DNA from: Mobula hypostoma
Lineage: Eukaryota
Direction: 5' to 3'
Length of the DNA: 64,000 bases
NCBI RefSeq assembly: GCF_963921235.1
Contig: NC_086097.1
Location: 76,882,001 to 76,946,000, forward strand
Part shown: piece after piece, positions 25,501-40,500 of the stretch
How positions within the stretch are numbered: the first letter of the stretch is position 1
Layout: each line of letters begins with the position of its first letter
Notes under the pieces: generated by a model
Database searches by the model: none
What the model was told of the DNA's origin: nothing
What the model saw: only the letters and a program-made list of their open reading frames with translations
Position numbers and translations under genes: made by a program

Positions 25501-28500
25501 AATTAAAAAAAACTTTTATTGGACCATAAGACAAGACAAAACTGACTGATATTTACTGATCAGTTGTGATATGGATACATCAATTGTATGAAACGTGAAC
25601 AGAAGTTAATGTTTTTGCTAAGCTCACACTGAATTATTCAGAGATTACTGATGCACTATTCACTAAATATCCCATCCGAGCTGCAGGATGCTTATCAACT
25701 TGCACGTTAACAAGACTGTGTATCCTACCATTATTTTTAGAGCTTGAAAGGGGATTTGAGAGCTAGTTTTTTTACCCTGAATGTGATTGATATCTGGAAC
25801 TTGCTGCTGGAGGAGATGGTGGAATCAGATACAAATCACGAGACAATGAAAAGGTTATGTTTGCATGCCATCTTGACAAATTATTCCATATATAAGTTCA
25901 ACAAATAGAAAACAAAATGCAAAATATGGTCTCGCAGTTACAGAGAAAGTGCAGTGTAAGTAGATGAATAAGTAAAATGCAAAGGCCATGACAAGGTAGA
26001 TTAAGAGATCAAGATCATCTTGATCATATAAGAAGATTATTCACGGGTCTTGTAACAGGAGGATAGAAATTATCCTTGAGCCTGGTGGTATGTGTTTTCA
26101 AACTGTTCCATTATCTGCCTGATGGAAGGGGGAAGAAGAGAGAAGAGAACTAATGCAGGCAAATGTTATTCGTGCAGATAGGCAAAAATTTGGTGTGAAT
26201 GTGATGAACTGAAGGGCAAGTTTTCACACTGTGCAACTCCATGATTCTTTACATTAACTTCTTAAACATGGATTACCATTTCAGAAAGGATAGTGAAGAC
26301 AGAATCCTATGGAACTTGTAAGAGGTGTGAATATGTATCTGCAAGTTACACTGAGAAAGAATGTGTACAAACATCAGTCAAATAGGAACGTTGAAAGAAA
26401 AGCCCTTTCAGAATGGCAATACAGCAGTCACTTGCCATACCGTCTTTTGCTTTGACATTGGTAGTTCATGAATAAATGGGACTGATATTCATATCATCTG
26501 TCTCAGGATTGAAATCAAGGCACATACAGGAAATTCTGCAAGAACCTTGATATTGTAAATACGATTCATTGAGTTGATGGTGGTGGGGATACAGCCTGGT
26601 ACTGGGAAAGTCAGATTTTCCTGTCTGTAGTATCAAGTCAGTAAAGATAAGTAAACATGTTGGTGCATAGTATAATGCAACAGAATAAATGAGAAAGTAT
26701 TTTTGTACAGGAATGTAATACTGGCAAAATCAGTTGAAAGGATATCAAGGAGAAATAATGTTCAAAGTATATGTGTGTTTTCAGCTGCTGCCTTTACTAG
26801 TGTTTTACTACTGGTCTCTTGCTGCATTTTGTTGTCAATGGACAGAAAACAAAAAAAAAATCTGTCAACTGAGCTATTTTATTTGTTGTTTCCTGGTATA
26901 ATAAGTGTGCCATATTACTCCAAAAAAACAGGAAAAGGACTCATATTTGAGTCCTGAAATGTTTTCCTTCCAGTTTTTCCATCCTATCGTAATGTTTGAA
27001 AATTAAGAAGACTGAATTGGTAAAGAATGAAAAGGGTTTTAATTTCATATTTGGTAAATATTTGCTTCAATTAGAACTGTTGTAGGAGATTGCTTAATGA
27101 GAGCTTTAAACTCACAGAAATATGGTTTTGTGTTTACAGTGGATGATGTCCAAGTGTCATGCTATAGGATCCTGTGCAGCCTGTATGCTTTGGGGACAGG
27201 GAAGAATGTCTATGTGGAAAGGTAACTCCATCATTTTGAGTTTTAATTGGATTTGTTTGTTTGTTTGTTTGTTTATTTATTTATTAATTATTGAGATACA
27301 GCACGGAATAGGGCCTTCCGACCCTACGCACCACGGTGCCCAGCAACCCCCAATTTAACAATAGCCTAATCACAGGACAATTTACAATGACCAATTAACC
27401 TACCAATCAGTACATCTTTGGACTGTGGGAGGAAACTGGAGCACCTGAGGAAATCTGTGTAGTCACAGTGAGAACTCCTTACTGGCAGCAAAGATCCTAT
27501 AATACTGAGATTTTTTTTTTGACACAAGCTCTCTAATAAGTATATACTGTTCTAAAATAATCAGACATGCTGTCACCATGGTTACCTTAGCATTGAAGCT
27601 AGATTCATTTTTAATAGCGGGGTAATTCCAGAATTTACAGAGGTGACATGCTGAAAGGCTAGACCGAGAAAATAAAATATCTCAATCTCAGCAATATGCT
27701 GATATCCGCTAAGGTTCTCTAATGATCTCCCTGATAGGCGTTCAACAGCAATGGTAAGTTCTCCGGTTTAACTGCTAGTACATTCCTATGGCACCGGAAG
27801 TCAATTCAGGGTAGGATGGCCAAACAGTTGAAGACAGTTGTGTCTGTCTTACCCTTGCAACACTGCTCATCTTTAGCTTGGAATACAGACACCATTTCCA
27901 AACAGAGTATAGAATGGATAGGGAGTAGATGTCTCTGGGCGGTTTGGGGAGGCGATATGACTTGTTGTAGTCAGGCCACAGATTTGTTTCCAGTTGTTTC
28001 AACCGATTTCGACTCCAACTGTGAACATTGGGCTTTATCAGGACCATGGTGTAACTCTCAGTAGTAATGACCAGTAGCCATGTAATTGTCTGCTGCTGTA
28101 GAAGCAAAACTTTCAGCCTGGGTGAGCTGAAGTACAAGAGTGCTTATATCATTATGGACAACGTAGAACAGTCGAGCACAGAAGCAGGCCCTTCAGCCCA
28201 CAGTGTTGTGCTGATCCAGCTAAAAAAGCAGATCAAAAACACTCAAACACTTATCCCTTCTACCTACTCAGTATCCGTATTCCTCCATCTTCCTTACATC
28301 CATGTGTCCATCTAAACATCTCTTAAAAGCCTCTAATGTATTTCCCTCTACCACCATACTGGGCAGCACATGCCAGGCATCCACGACACTCAGAGTAAAA
28401 AGCTTGCCCTTCACATCCCCTTTGAACCTACCCCCTCTCACCTTCAATACATGCCCTCTGGGGTTAGATATTTCAGCCCTGGGAAACATACACTTCCTGT

Positions 28501-31500
28501 CTACTCTGTCTGTGCCTCTCATAATCTTATAAACCTCTGTCAGATCTCCCCTCAGCCTCTGCTGGTCCAAACAAAACAGCCCAAGTTTATCCAGCCTCTC
28601 ATGATAGCACATGCCCTCTAAACCAGGCAGCGTCCCAGTGAGTCTCTTCTGAATTCTCTTCAAAGCCTCAACATCCTCCCTATATTGGGGCAACCAAAAG
28701 CATATGCAATACTCCAGATGTGGCTGAATTGGAGTTTTATAAAGTTGCAACATAACCTCTTGACTTTTAAACTCAGTGCCTCGCCTAATAAAAGGAAGTA
28801 TTCTAAAGCCACCTTAGTCACTTTATCCACCTGTGTAGCCACTTTCAAGGAGCTATGAACTTGGATCCCAAGATCTCTCTGCCCAGCAGCACTGTTAAGG
28901 ATCTTGTCCTTAGTGTACTGTCTCCTTGCATTTGCCCTACCAAGGTGCAACAAAATAATCTTAATCTTGCCCTAAATTGTTCATATTCCACCCATGTAGC
29001 AGCTTTGCAGTAAACATGGTTTAAAACAATGACGTGTGTGCCGTCAAACATGTACAGTTATTTAAATATTATCTATCCAGAAAGATACCCATCCTATGCC
29101 AGTAGTGCAATTTCTACTGCACCAGGGTGCAGGTAGCATTAATGGAGAATGAAATTTCTTTCTTTCTTCCCGACTTTGCCTTTATCTTGTATGTGTCACA
29201 GAATAGTGGTGCCTCTATATTAGACACCCACACATCTTGTATCTTTTCCTTTTGCTCTTCTTATCTATCTCTTCCTTAAGCTTCATACTTTGGCTGATCA
29301 CCAAATGCATCCATCACCTTCCATTCAACCACTCCCAGTGGCACTCTCGTCAGTGGACAAAGACTTTAGTTCTGCATTCTTCTTTTAACTTACGATTGCC
29401 GTCCTTTGCATTTCTTCTCTTCGATTCAATCTCTGTAGGAAATAACAAAGAATTTTATTTTAATGCTTTATTAGCTTATATCACAAGATGTAGTGATTTG
29501 CTTATTCTTACTCAATTTATATTATTCTTCTACCTCTTCAAAATGTTTTATTTGTAATATATAACCTCCTATTTTGCTTAATCAAACTGTGATATCCAAC
29601 AGTTATCTACATTGAAACTTGCTGAACCATTATATGTCTATTATAGAAATGTATTGTTCACATCTTGTTATTTGTTGCACTCCTCTTTAATATTAGTCAC
29701 GAAAGCAGCTGATTGTTTTAAGAATTCCTAAAGCTAATTTTTATCTTTATCTTTAACCATCTCCTGTCATTAAAAGGACACAGTTGCAAAGGCCATTTTC
29801 AGCAGAATGCAATCTATTTTTTGCAGTATTTTAATGACATTCTCACATTGACTATTTAACCAAACAGAGGTATGGCATGTGTTATTGTGCCAGATTTTGA
29901 TAGCATGTTCTGCCTCATTTAATGCCAAGTTATGATGACTGGAAAGTCAAAAGAACAGTCATTGCTAGAAATGTGAAACATGTTCAGAAAATGCTGGAAA
30001 CACTCAGCAGGTCAGGCAACATCTGTTAAAAGTAAAAAAAAAACATTTAAGGTCCAGACTTAATATTGAATTCTCTAGAGTCATAGAGCAAAACAATGTG
30101 GAAACAGTCCTTTCAGCCAATGACTCCATGCTGACCAAGATGCCCGCTTAGCTGGTCCCAATCCCTCCATGATACCATTGTACCTAGCTCAACTACTTCT
30201 GGCAGCTCATTCCCTGTGCTCACCATAGTCTTCATGAAAAGTTTGCCCCTCAGGTCTGCTATAAAGCTTCTCCCTCTCACCCTAAATTTACTATATGCTC
30301 CCTAGTTTTGCTCTTCCCTACCCTGTGGAAAAGACTGTTATCATGGCCTCTCGTAGTTTTAAATTTTGTCTAAGTTTACCCCTTGTTCTCCTTCATTCCA
30401 AGGAATAAAAACCTTGCCAAGCCTACCATTCCCTTTGATTTAAGCACTCCAGTCTTGACAACATCTTTTCTGCCTTCTTTTCAGTTTTAGAATCTGATTT
30501 ATTGTCACTATCTTAAATGGCATGAAATTAATTGTTTTACAGCAGCAGTACAGTGTAAAGACATAAGATTACTACGAATTACAAAATAAATAAATAGTGT
30601 CAAAAAAATGGAATATTGAGGTGGTGTTCATGGACCATTCAGAAATCTAATGACAGTGGAGAGGAAAATTGTTTTCCTGAATCTTTGAGTGTGGGTCTTC
30701 AGGCTCCTGTTTCTCCCCAGATGGTAGTAAGGAGAAGAGGGTGTGTCCTCAGTCCATAATGATGGATGTTGTCTTCTTGAGGCACCACTTCTTCAAAATG
30801 TCCTCAATGGTTGTCATCGTAGTTCAGACATGGTAGAGTGGGTTGTGGCCATTATGAAGCTGGCTGACTCTACAACCCTCTTGTGATCCATTGATTGGAC
30901 CCTCCATACCAGGCTGTAATACAATCACTAAGAGTGCTCTCCACTGTACATCTGCAAAAATACGCAAGAGTCCTTGGTGACATATCAAATCTCTTCAAAC
31001 ACTTAAAGAAGTAGGGCCATTGGCATGCCTTATCTGTGATTTCATTAATGTGTTGGCCCCAGGATAGATCCATTGAGATGTTGGCACCCAGGAATTTAAG
31101 GGTGCTTGCCCTTTCCACCTTCTGATCGCTCAATGAGGACCTTTCTATGTTTTCTTTACATCTCATTCCTGAAGTCCACAATCAATTCCTGGTCTTGCTA
31201 ACAGGGAGTTCAAGGTTGTTGCTGTGACACCATTCAATCAGAATCAGAATCAGAATCAGGTTTAATATCATTGGCACATGTCGTGAAATTTGTTGTTTTG
31301 CAGCAGCAGTGTAGTGAAAGATGTAATAACCAAAGCTATAAATTACAATAAAAATGTATGTAAATTTAAATTAAATAAACAGTGCATCCATTATTAAAGA
31401 TTCACATCTCCCAGTCCTTGTCCACTTCTCATTGCTACCATCAAGGAGAAGGTACAGGAGACTGAAGACACACACTCAACATTCTTTCCCTCCACTATCA

Positions 31501-34500
31501 GATTTCTGAACAGATATGGCCTGGGAGATAGGATTCCTTAATAATACATGCTGCCTTTTTGAGGCATCACCTTTTGAAGATGTCCTCGATGCCGGGGTGG
31601 CTAGTGCCTATGATGGAGCTGGCTGAGTTTGCAACTTTCTGCAGCTATTTTTCATTCTATGCAGTAGCCCCTCCATATCAGACTGTGATGTAACCAGTTA
31701 GAATGCCCTCCACAGTACATCTGTAGAAATTTGCGAGAGTGATTGGTGACATACTAAATCTCCTCAAACACCTAATGAAATATAGAGACTATTGTGCCTT
31801 CTTTGGCATCAATATGTTGGGCCAGGATAGATCCTCAGTGATGTTGACACCCAGAAGCTTGAATCTGCTCACCATTTCCACTGCTGATCCCTGAATAAGG
31901 ATTGGTATCTGTTCCCTCGACTTCTCATTCCTGAAGTTCACCATCAATTCCTTGGGCTTACTGATGTTGAGTGCAATACCATTCAGCCAGCTGATTGATC
32001 TCACTCCTGTATGCCTTCTCCTCACCATCTGAAATTCTGCCTACAATTAGCAGCTTTGGGCCTGTACTCACTGGAATTTAGAAGAATGCGGGCGCATCTC
32101 ATTGAAACTTACCGAATGTTGAAAGGACTAGATAGGGTGGTTGTGGAGAGGATGTTTCCTACGGTGGGGTATCCAGAACTAGAGGGCACAGCTTCAAAAT
32201 TGAGGGGCGACCTTTTAGAACAGAGGGAAGGAGGAATTCTTTTAGCCAGAGAGTAGTAAATCTGTGGATGCTTTGTCACTGACTGCGGTGGAGGCCAAGT
32301 CCAATGGTATATTTAAGGTGGAAGTTGATCATTTCCTGATCAGTCAGGGCATCAAAGGATATGGTGGGAAGGCAGGTGTATGGGGTTGAATGGGATCTGA
32401 GATCAGCCATGATGGAACAGCACAGCAGACTTGATGGGCTGAAAGGCCAAATTCTGCTCCTTTGCCTTATGGTTTTATACAATTGCAACATAATGTTTCA
32501 TTTCCTATACTCAATGCTCTGACTGATAAAGACCAGCATGCTATATTCTTTTTTCACCATTCTGTCTATCTGAGATGCCACTTTAAAAAAAATGCACCTA
32601 TACTCTGAAGTTCCTCAGTTCCATTACATTCCCTTAGTATCCTACCAGTCGTAGTACAAGTTCTATATTAGTTTGACTTTCCAAAATGTATCACCCCACA
32701 CTTAACTGTATTGAAATGCATTTGCCTTTCTTCAGCCCACTTCCTAACCAATCATGATCCCCTTGTAAACTGTGATAATCTTCTTCACTATCAACACACC
32801 TGCTAATTTTGTGTCACCCTCAAACTTATTGATCAAGTTTTGTTCATTAACATCCAAATAAAATATATATAATATACACACACATAAAGCAAGTAACAAA
32901 GGTCTCAACACCGACTTCTGTGGCACAACACTAGATACCAGTCTGCGTTCCAAGAAATAACTTTCAATCATCACTCTCCGCTTCCTACCTCCTATTTTGA
33001 ATCCACCTAACTAGATCTCTCTGGATTCCGTGGGACTTAACCCTCCTGATCTGCCTACATATGGGACATCGTCAAAGGCCTTCCTAAATCTAAATACAAA
33101 ATATCCACTTCCCTATCTTCATCTATACTTGAGGTTACCTTTTTCAATAAAAAATCTCAAAATCTCATCAAGCATGATTTTCCACACACAAAACCGTGAC
33201 GACTGGTCCTAATCAGACTCTGTCTACCCAAGTGCTGGTAGATCCTGTTCTCCAGAATTTCTTCCAGAAACTTCCCCACTATCGATATCAGGCTGGCTGG
33301 CATGTAGTTCCCTCGTTTATCCTTGCCAAACTTCTTAAAACATTAACTATCTTCCAGTCTTCAGGAACTTCATCAGTGGTTAAGGATGAAGTAAATATCT
33401 CTGCAATTTATTCTCCAGCCTCCAACAAAGTCTGAAGATGCACTGTCAGGCCCTGGGGAATTATTCACTTTAAATCTATCAAGCTTGGAGTAATGTGCTC
33501 GCTCTTCCTGACGTAAGAGTAACTTAACTGACCACCTTTCTCTTTTCATCTTTGTTTAGAGCTTGGCTTGCTGAATACACCCCAGTAAGCCAAGACTACG
33601 TCAAACCATTGGGTGCAACCATTGCAGCCCATCCTATCTGCCACATACTGACTCTATCAAAGAAATTCCCTTAGTTTCATTCATTTTACCACTGCACAGA
33701 CTACATTATTTTTCTCTTCCTCAGGTTTGATGTAGGTTTCTTCACTGAAAAATGAACTGTCTCACTGTTCTGATTCTACCTGCTTAGTTTTCTCCCCCCA
33801 CTTTTTTGTGCTTGTTTCATGCTGGCTTAGTTTTTCTTATCCTAAATGCTTAAATCTAGCCTGCTGTGAATGTAACTGTAACAACTCGTTATGTAGACTT
33901 AGAAGCTTAATGTGCCGGTAATTGTATTATTAAAACATTTTGACTCATCCTAATAGAGACACTGTCTTTGTTCTACATACCCCTTCCCACTGAAAACAAA
34001 CTTGCATGTTCTCTTTTCCAGTCCTGATGAAGGGTCACAGACCCGAAACGTGGGCTGTTTCTCTTTCCACAAATGCAGAAAGGTGATGAGCATTTCCAGC
34101 ATTTCTATTTTTATCTCTTCTTTCTTTTGATCCTTCCTTTTGTGATTCTTTTCTCTATGTCAATACACATCAGAGCTATATAGTCATAGCCATAGTCATA
34201 CTTTATTAATCCTGGGGAAAATTGGTTTTTGTTACAGTTGCACCATAAATAATAGTAATAAAACCATAAATAGTTAAATAGTAATATGTAAATTGTGCCA
34301 GTAAATTATGAAATAAGTCCAGGACCAGCCTATTGGCTCAGGGTGTCTGACCCTCCAAGGGGAGGAATTGTAAAGTTTGATGGCCACAGGCAGGAATGAC
34401 TTCCTAGGACACTCTGTGTTACATCCTGGTGGAATGAGTCTCTGGCTGAATGTACTCCTGTGCCCACTCAGTACATTATGTACTGGATGGGAGACATTGT

Positions 34501-37500
34501 CCAAGATGGCATGCAACTTAGACAGCATCCTCTTTTCAGACACCACCGTGAGAGAGTCCAGTTTCATCCCCACAACATCACTGGCCTTACGAATGAGTTT
34601 GTTGATTCTGTTGGTGTCTGCTACCCTCAGCCTGCTGCCCCAGCACACAACAGCAAACATGATAACACTGGCCACCACCGGCTCGTAGAACATCCTCAGC
34701 ATCGTCCGGCAGATGTTAAAGGACCTCAGTCTCCTCAGGAAATAGAGACGGCTCTGACCCTTCTTGTAGACAGCCTCAGTGTACTTTGACCAGTCCAGTT
34801 TATTGTCAATTCGTATCCCCAGGTATTTGTAATCCTCCACCATGTCCACACTGACCCCCTGGGTGGAAACAGGGGTCACCGGTACCTTAGCTCTCCTCAG
34901 GTCTACCACCAGCTCCTTAGTCTTTTTCACATTAAGTTGCAGATAATTCTGCTCACACCATGTGACAAAGTTTCCTATCGTAGCCCTGTACTCAGCCTCA
35001 TCTCCCCTGCTGATGCATCCAACTATGGCAGAGTCATCTGAAAACTTCTGAAGATGACAAGACTCTGTGCAGTAGTTGAAGTCTGAGGTGTAAATGGTGA
35101 AGAGAAAGGGAGACAAGACAGTCCCCTGTGGAGCTCATTATCAACAATTAAGATTGAACCAGATAAATGGTTTGGTGATGCTAGTTCAGAGAAGGGAGTT
35201 AGTCAATATGTCAAGTGAAGGCCTTACTCCTCTTTAAGGGATCTTTTACATATACTAGAATAAGCAGAAGATTTTTAAATAATTTTATTTTACATCTCCT
35301 GATAGATGGAAACTCTAGCAATGTTCCAGTAAATCTTTCATACACAGTTTACTGCAATCTTAAGTCATGATAGAGATAGTGTGCCTAAGTAAATAAAACT
35401 GAGGGCACAGTCAGGGTGGAGGAGCAACACCTCATGTTCTGTCTAGATAGCCTTCAACCTGATGGTATGAACAATGATTTCTCCAACTTTCTCCCTCCCC
35501 CTTCCCTCTTCATTTCCCCACTCTGGTCTCTTACTTCTTCTCCTCACCTGCCTATCACCTCCCCCGGTGCCCCTCCTCCTTCCCTTTCTCCCATGATCCA
35601 CTCTCCTCTCCTATCAGATTCCCTCTTCTCCAGCCCTTTACCTTTTCCTAGTATCACCTCCCAAGTTCTTACTTCTGAACCCCTTTTCCACCCGCCTGGC
35701 TTTACCTATCACCTTCTTGCTTGTCCTCCTTCCCGTCTCCCCAATCATTTTATTCTGGCATCTTCCCCCTTCTTTTCCAGTCCAGATGCAGGGTCCCGGC
35801 CTGAAATGTTGACTGTTTATTCATTTCTGTAGATGCTGCTTGGCCTGCTGGGATCTTTCAGCATTTTGTGTGTGTTGCTCTGGATTTCCAGCATCAGCAG
35901 GACCTTGTGATATATGCTATAGGAATATCAGCTAACATAACAGTGTTATAAAATCATATTTATAAGCTATGGCTAATGCTTGCTGTCTGCTGCAGACTCT
36001 GAGTTTGCCTCGGGTGCTGTACATGGATCAGCAAGTAAAAAAGAAAGCTTCGGGGAAAATGGAACAATATCCTGTAATTCTTCTTTATTGTTAAATGGGC
36101 TGCCATCTGCAACCATTCATTTTTCAACACGTTTGCAGAGGATAAAAAGTGTTCTGAAGTGGGTTGCTCTTCCTCATTTCATGGACTTCCACTGAAAGCT
36201 TCATCAATGATTCTGAAAAAATACTGTTTCAAACACTATTTAATGATACCCTTTACCTTCATTTCCTTAACAATCAGAGTTTGAAGCTTGAAATAACTGT
36301 TAATATAACAGAACCATTAAAGTCCAAGCAGGTGTAGATGACAGAAAATGTTAAGAGAGCTAAATCGCTCCGTTCATTAGGAAATTAGGTCGATCATGAA
36401 TAGACAGGAACAGCTGTGCAAGAAAAATCTGTGGGATTAACCATAATGCATTCTTCCTCTGCAAATTGTGTTTCCATACGCATTCACAAAACCAAGAGCA
36501 ATTTGAAAGCTGTTAATGAAAGTCTTTGCTGTAAGGTCTGTTTTGCTGCGAATACAATCACTTAGGCTGGAGAGCAGAAACAGCAGAGTATCCTATACTG
36601 AAAGCAGCTATTCTCAAATTAAAAAGCGTGTAATATGCAAAGGTGTATAAAGGCCACACTATGACATATTGACTCTTTAAAGGTATGTACACAGTCAACA
36701 CTGGTTTCCCTTTCCAAATGAGAGTTGTACAACCATGTCAACAACTGCCTAAATATATTAATATATGCCATCAAATAAATATTTTACATATGAAATTATG
36801 CAATTAGCTAATTATAATTAGTTTCTTAATTTTCCGTCTATAAACCCTATATCACAATTTACTTCAGCTATTGTTACATACAGTATACATCTGGTCCCTT
36901 CTCCTCATCTCCAGTTGTACATAAATATTCCCAAGAGTTTAAAGATACTCCATGTGGTACACAGTGTACAAAAACTTCAACATAATCTGATAACCAAATG
37001 AAATTCTGCAATCTATTTAGCACACTACTAAATACAATGAATTCAATGGCAACAATCTTTTCTTTGGTTGCCCTGTAAGCTTATCAGTGTGTACAGGTTG
37101 ACCTGCAATAAGTATTGTCACATCTTTTGTCTTGACAATGCTATCTGCAGCACAGATAACTGTGGACTGGTCATAGTTCCGTTGTGAGGCAGACACCACA
37201 TCTATATCACTTTAAAATATGACCATTATGAAATGCCACATGGAATTTAAAATACTCTGTAAAATACCCCATGTAACTATGTCACACTAAGTCCTTTCTC
37301 TGTAACATGGGAAAAATACTATTGACTATGACTGTTCCCACCTCCTTGCATGCATTGCATTTTCCATTTCTAATGAGATTGGGGTCTGCATTCTCTATTA
37401 GCTACTCAACTTCTTCAAGAATGTGAATGGACATTGTAAGGCTGAGAGTCATTGCCAAGAGACAAGTGGAGATTGGTTAGGGTCAACAACATCACTGAGA

Positions 37501-40500
37501 TCTCAGGAAAGGCTGAAGAACAGAGAGGCATGGTGACGCACCAGAAGATGAAAGATTGTTGCTTACAGAAGACTAGAGACATGTAACAAATGACACCAAG
37601 CCATTGGCACTCACGTATCTGCCAATTTTCAATCTACATGACTTGCCATTAGTGTTGAAATTGTGCCCCACTATTATCATCATTGTGGGCCTGTGGCCTG
37701 CTTGCACCCCAGAATCATGCCCTGAGCAAAACTGTCTCTCATTTTACCACACAATCTCACTTCCGGTTGCTGTCCTGTTTGCTCCCTCGAGCAGTTGGTC
37801 CACTGCAAATAAACAACTTCCAACATTTTTGAATTATAATAGCCCTTCAGGAGTTTTATAATGTTCTCATTAGTGACTTGTCTGTCATCCATGGTACCTA
37901 TAAACTCACTGATGTCACATGCCTCTAGCCCTCCTGCCCAGTATCATTCCTTGCCTCACATCTATCCTGCTGTGCTCTTCTCTGGTCTTTCCTGGAACCT
38001 CAGCAATGCTTGATCACCTCAGAAACAACACAGTCACACAGTCCATATAAAGAGTGAATGGCAGAGTCCACTCATGCTCATTGAGCTTTCTGACAAATCT
38101 CACTCTCACGTCCTCTTTCTGACAAATTCACAGTGCCTCTTCTTACTCGGAGAACTTGGTTTTCCTGTTTCTGCAACCACAACCTCCATCTCCTGTTAGT
38201 CTCACAGGCAGCAATGCCCCAACCTTGTCAATTCAGTCAATGTTTTCCCTTGGTCAAGTACTGTCAATCATAGCAGACAGAGCTAACAATATGACATTTC
38301 AGAATCAGAATCAGGTTTATTATCACCATCATGTGTCGGGAAATTTGTTAACTTAGCAGCAGCAGTTCAATGCAATACATAATATAGAAGAAGAAAACAA
38401 TAATAATAAATAAGTAAATCAATTACAGTATACGTATATTGAATAGATTAAAGATTGTGCAAAAACGGAAATAATATATATTTAAAAAGTGAGGTAGTGT
38501 TCACAGTTTCGAAGTCCATTTAGGAATCGGACGACAGAGAGGAAGAAGCTGTTCCTGAATCGCTGAGTGTGTGCCTTCAGGCTTCTGTACCTCCTACCTG
38601 ATGGTAACGGTGAGAGAAGGGCATGCCCTGGGTGCTGGAGGTCCTCAATAATTGATGCTGCCTTTCTGCTCCTTGAAGATACTTTGTAGGCTAGTACCCA
38701 AGATGGAGCCTAGTAAATTTACAACCCTCTGCAGCTTCTTTCGGTCCTGTGCAGTCAGCAACCCATACCAGACAGTGATGCAGCCTGTCAGAATGCTCTC
38801 CACGGTACATCTATAGAAATTTCTCAGTGTATTTGTTGACATACCAAATTAAACTCCGAATGAAGTATAGTTGCTGTCTTGCCTTCTTTATACCTGCATT
38901 GATATGTTGGGACCAGGTTAGGTCCTCAGCGATCTTGACACCCAGGGACTTGAAACTGCTCATTCTTTCCACTTCTGATCCCTCTATGAGGATTGGTATG
39001 TGTTCCTTCGTCTTACCCTTCCTGAAGTCCACAACCAGCTCTTTCTCCTTACTGACATTGAGGGCCAGATTGTTGCTGCAGCACCACTCCACTAATTGGC
39101 ATATCTCAGTCCTGTACACCCTCTCATCTCCATCTGAGATTCTATCAACAATGGTTGTATCATCAGCAAATTTATAGATGGTGTTTGAGCTATGCCTAGC
39201 CACACAGTCATGGGTATAGAGAGAGTAGAGTAGTGGGCTAAGCACACACCCCTGAGGTGCGCCTCTTTGAATGCTGTGCAGAAGTATATTGAGGCAGTAA
39301 GAGACATCGTTAACCAGTGTCAAAATTCAGTATTAGTTCTCACTACACATCAGATCTAATTTCTCAATCAAGAGAAAATCTGCAGATGCCAGAGATCCAA
39401 ACAACACACACAAAATGCTGGAGGAACTCAGCACGCCAGGCAGCATCCATGGAAAGAGTACAGTCGACATTTTTGGCCTGAGACCCTTCCACAGGACTGA
39501 AGAAAAAAAGATGAGGAGTAGATTTAAAAAGTGGGGGTAGGGGAAGTAGAAACACAAGGTGATAGATGAAACCAGGAGTGGGAGAGATGTAGTAAAGAGC
39601 TGGGAAGTTGATTGGTGAAAGAAATACAGGGATGGAGAAGGGGGAATCTAATAAGAGAGGACAGAAGGCCATGGAAGAAAGAAAAAGGGGGAGGAGCACC
39701 AAAGGGAGGTGATGGGTAGGCAAAGAGATGAGGTGAGAGAGGGAAAAGGGGATGGGGAATGGTGAAGTGGGGGAGGAATTCCCAGAAGTTCGAGAAATCC
39801 ATGTTCATGGCATCAGGTTGGAGGCTACCCAAGTGGAATGTAAGGTGTTGTTCCTTCAACCTGAGTGTGGCCTCATCACGACAGTGAAGGAGGGCATGGA
39901 TAGACATACTGGGATGAGATTGGGATGTGGAACTAAAATGGGTGGCCACTGGAAGATCCTGATTTTTCAGGCAGACGGAAAGTAGATGCTCAGCGAAGTG
40001 GTCTCCTAATCTACATTGAGTCTCCCTGATATACAGCAGGCCACACACCAAGAGCACCAGACGCAGTATATGACCCCAAAAGATGTACAGGTGAAGTGTT
40101 GTCTCACCTGGAAGGACTGTTTGGGGCCCTGAATGGTAGTGAGGGAGGAGGTGTAGGGGCAGGTGTTTCACATTTACTTTTCTTTAAACATGGGATCATT
40201 AAACTTCACTCACACTAAGTTTGTGTCTATGGACCTATGTCATTAGGCATTCTACTATTTTAACACCCATCACATTTTACTATAAGTGAGTCAATGGATT
40301 CTGCTTTAACAGAGTAATGGAATTCCTCATGTGTTGAGAATTGCAATTGTAACTTTTTTATTATTTCTCTTTAGAATTAGCAGGAGTTACTAACCAGTGG
40401 TGGAGAATTACATTTTCATAACACTTCATATTTTTGCTGACCTCTGTGAAATTTAGTGTAATTGAGAAAAGGAACTTGTGGGATCTTATCTCTAATGATC

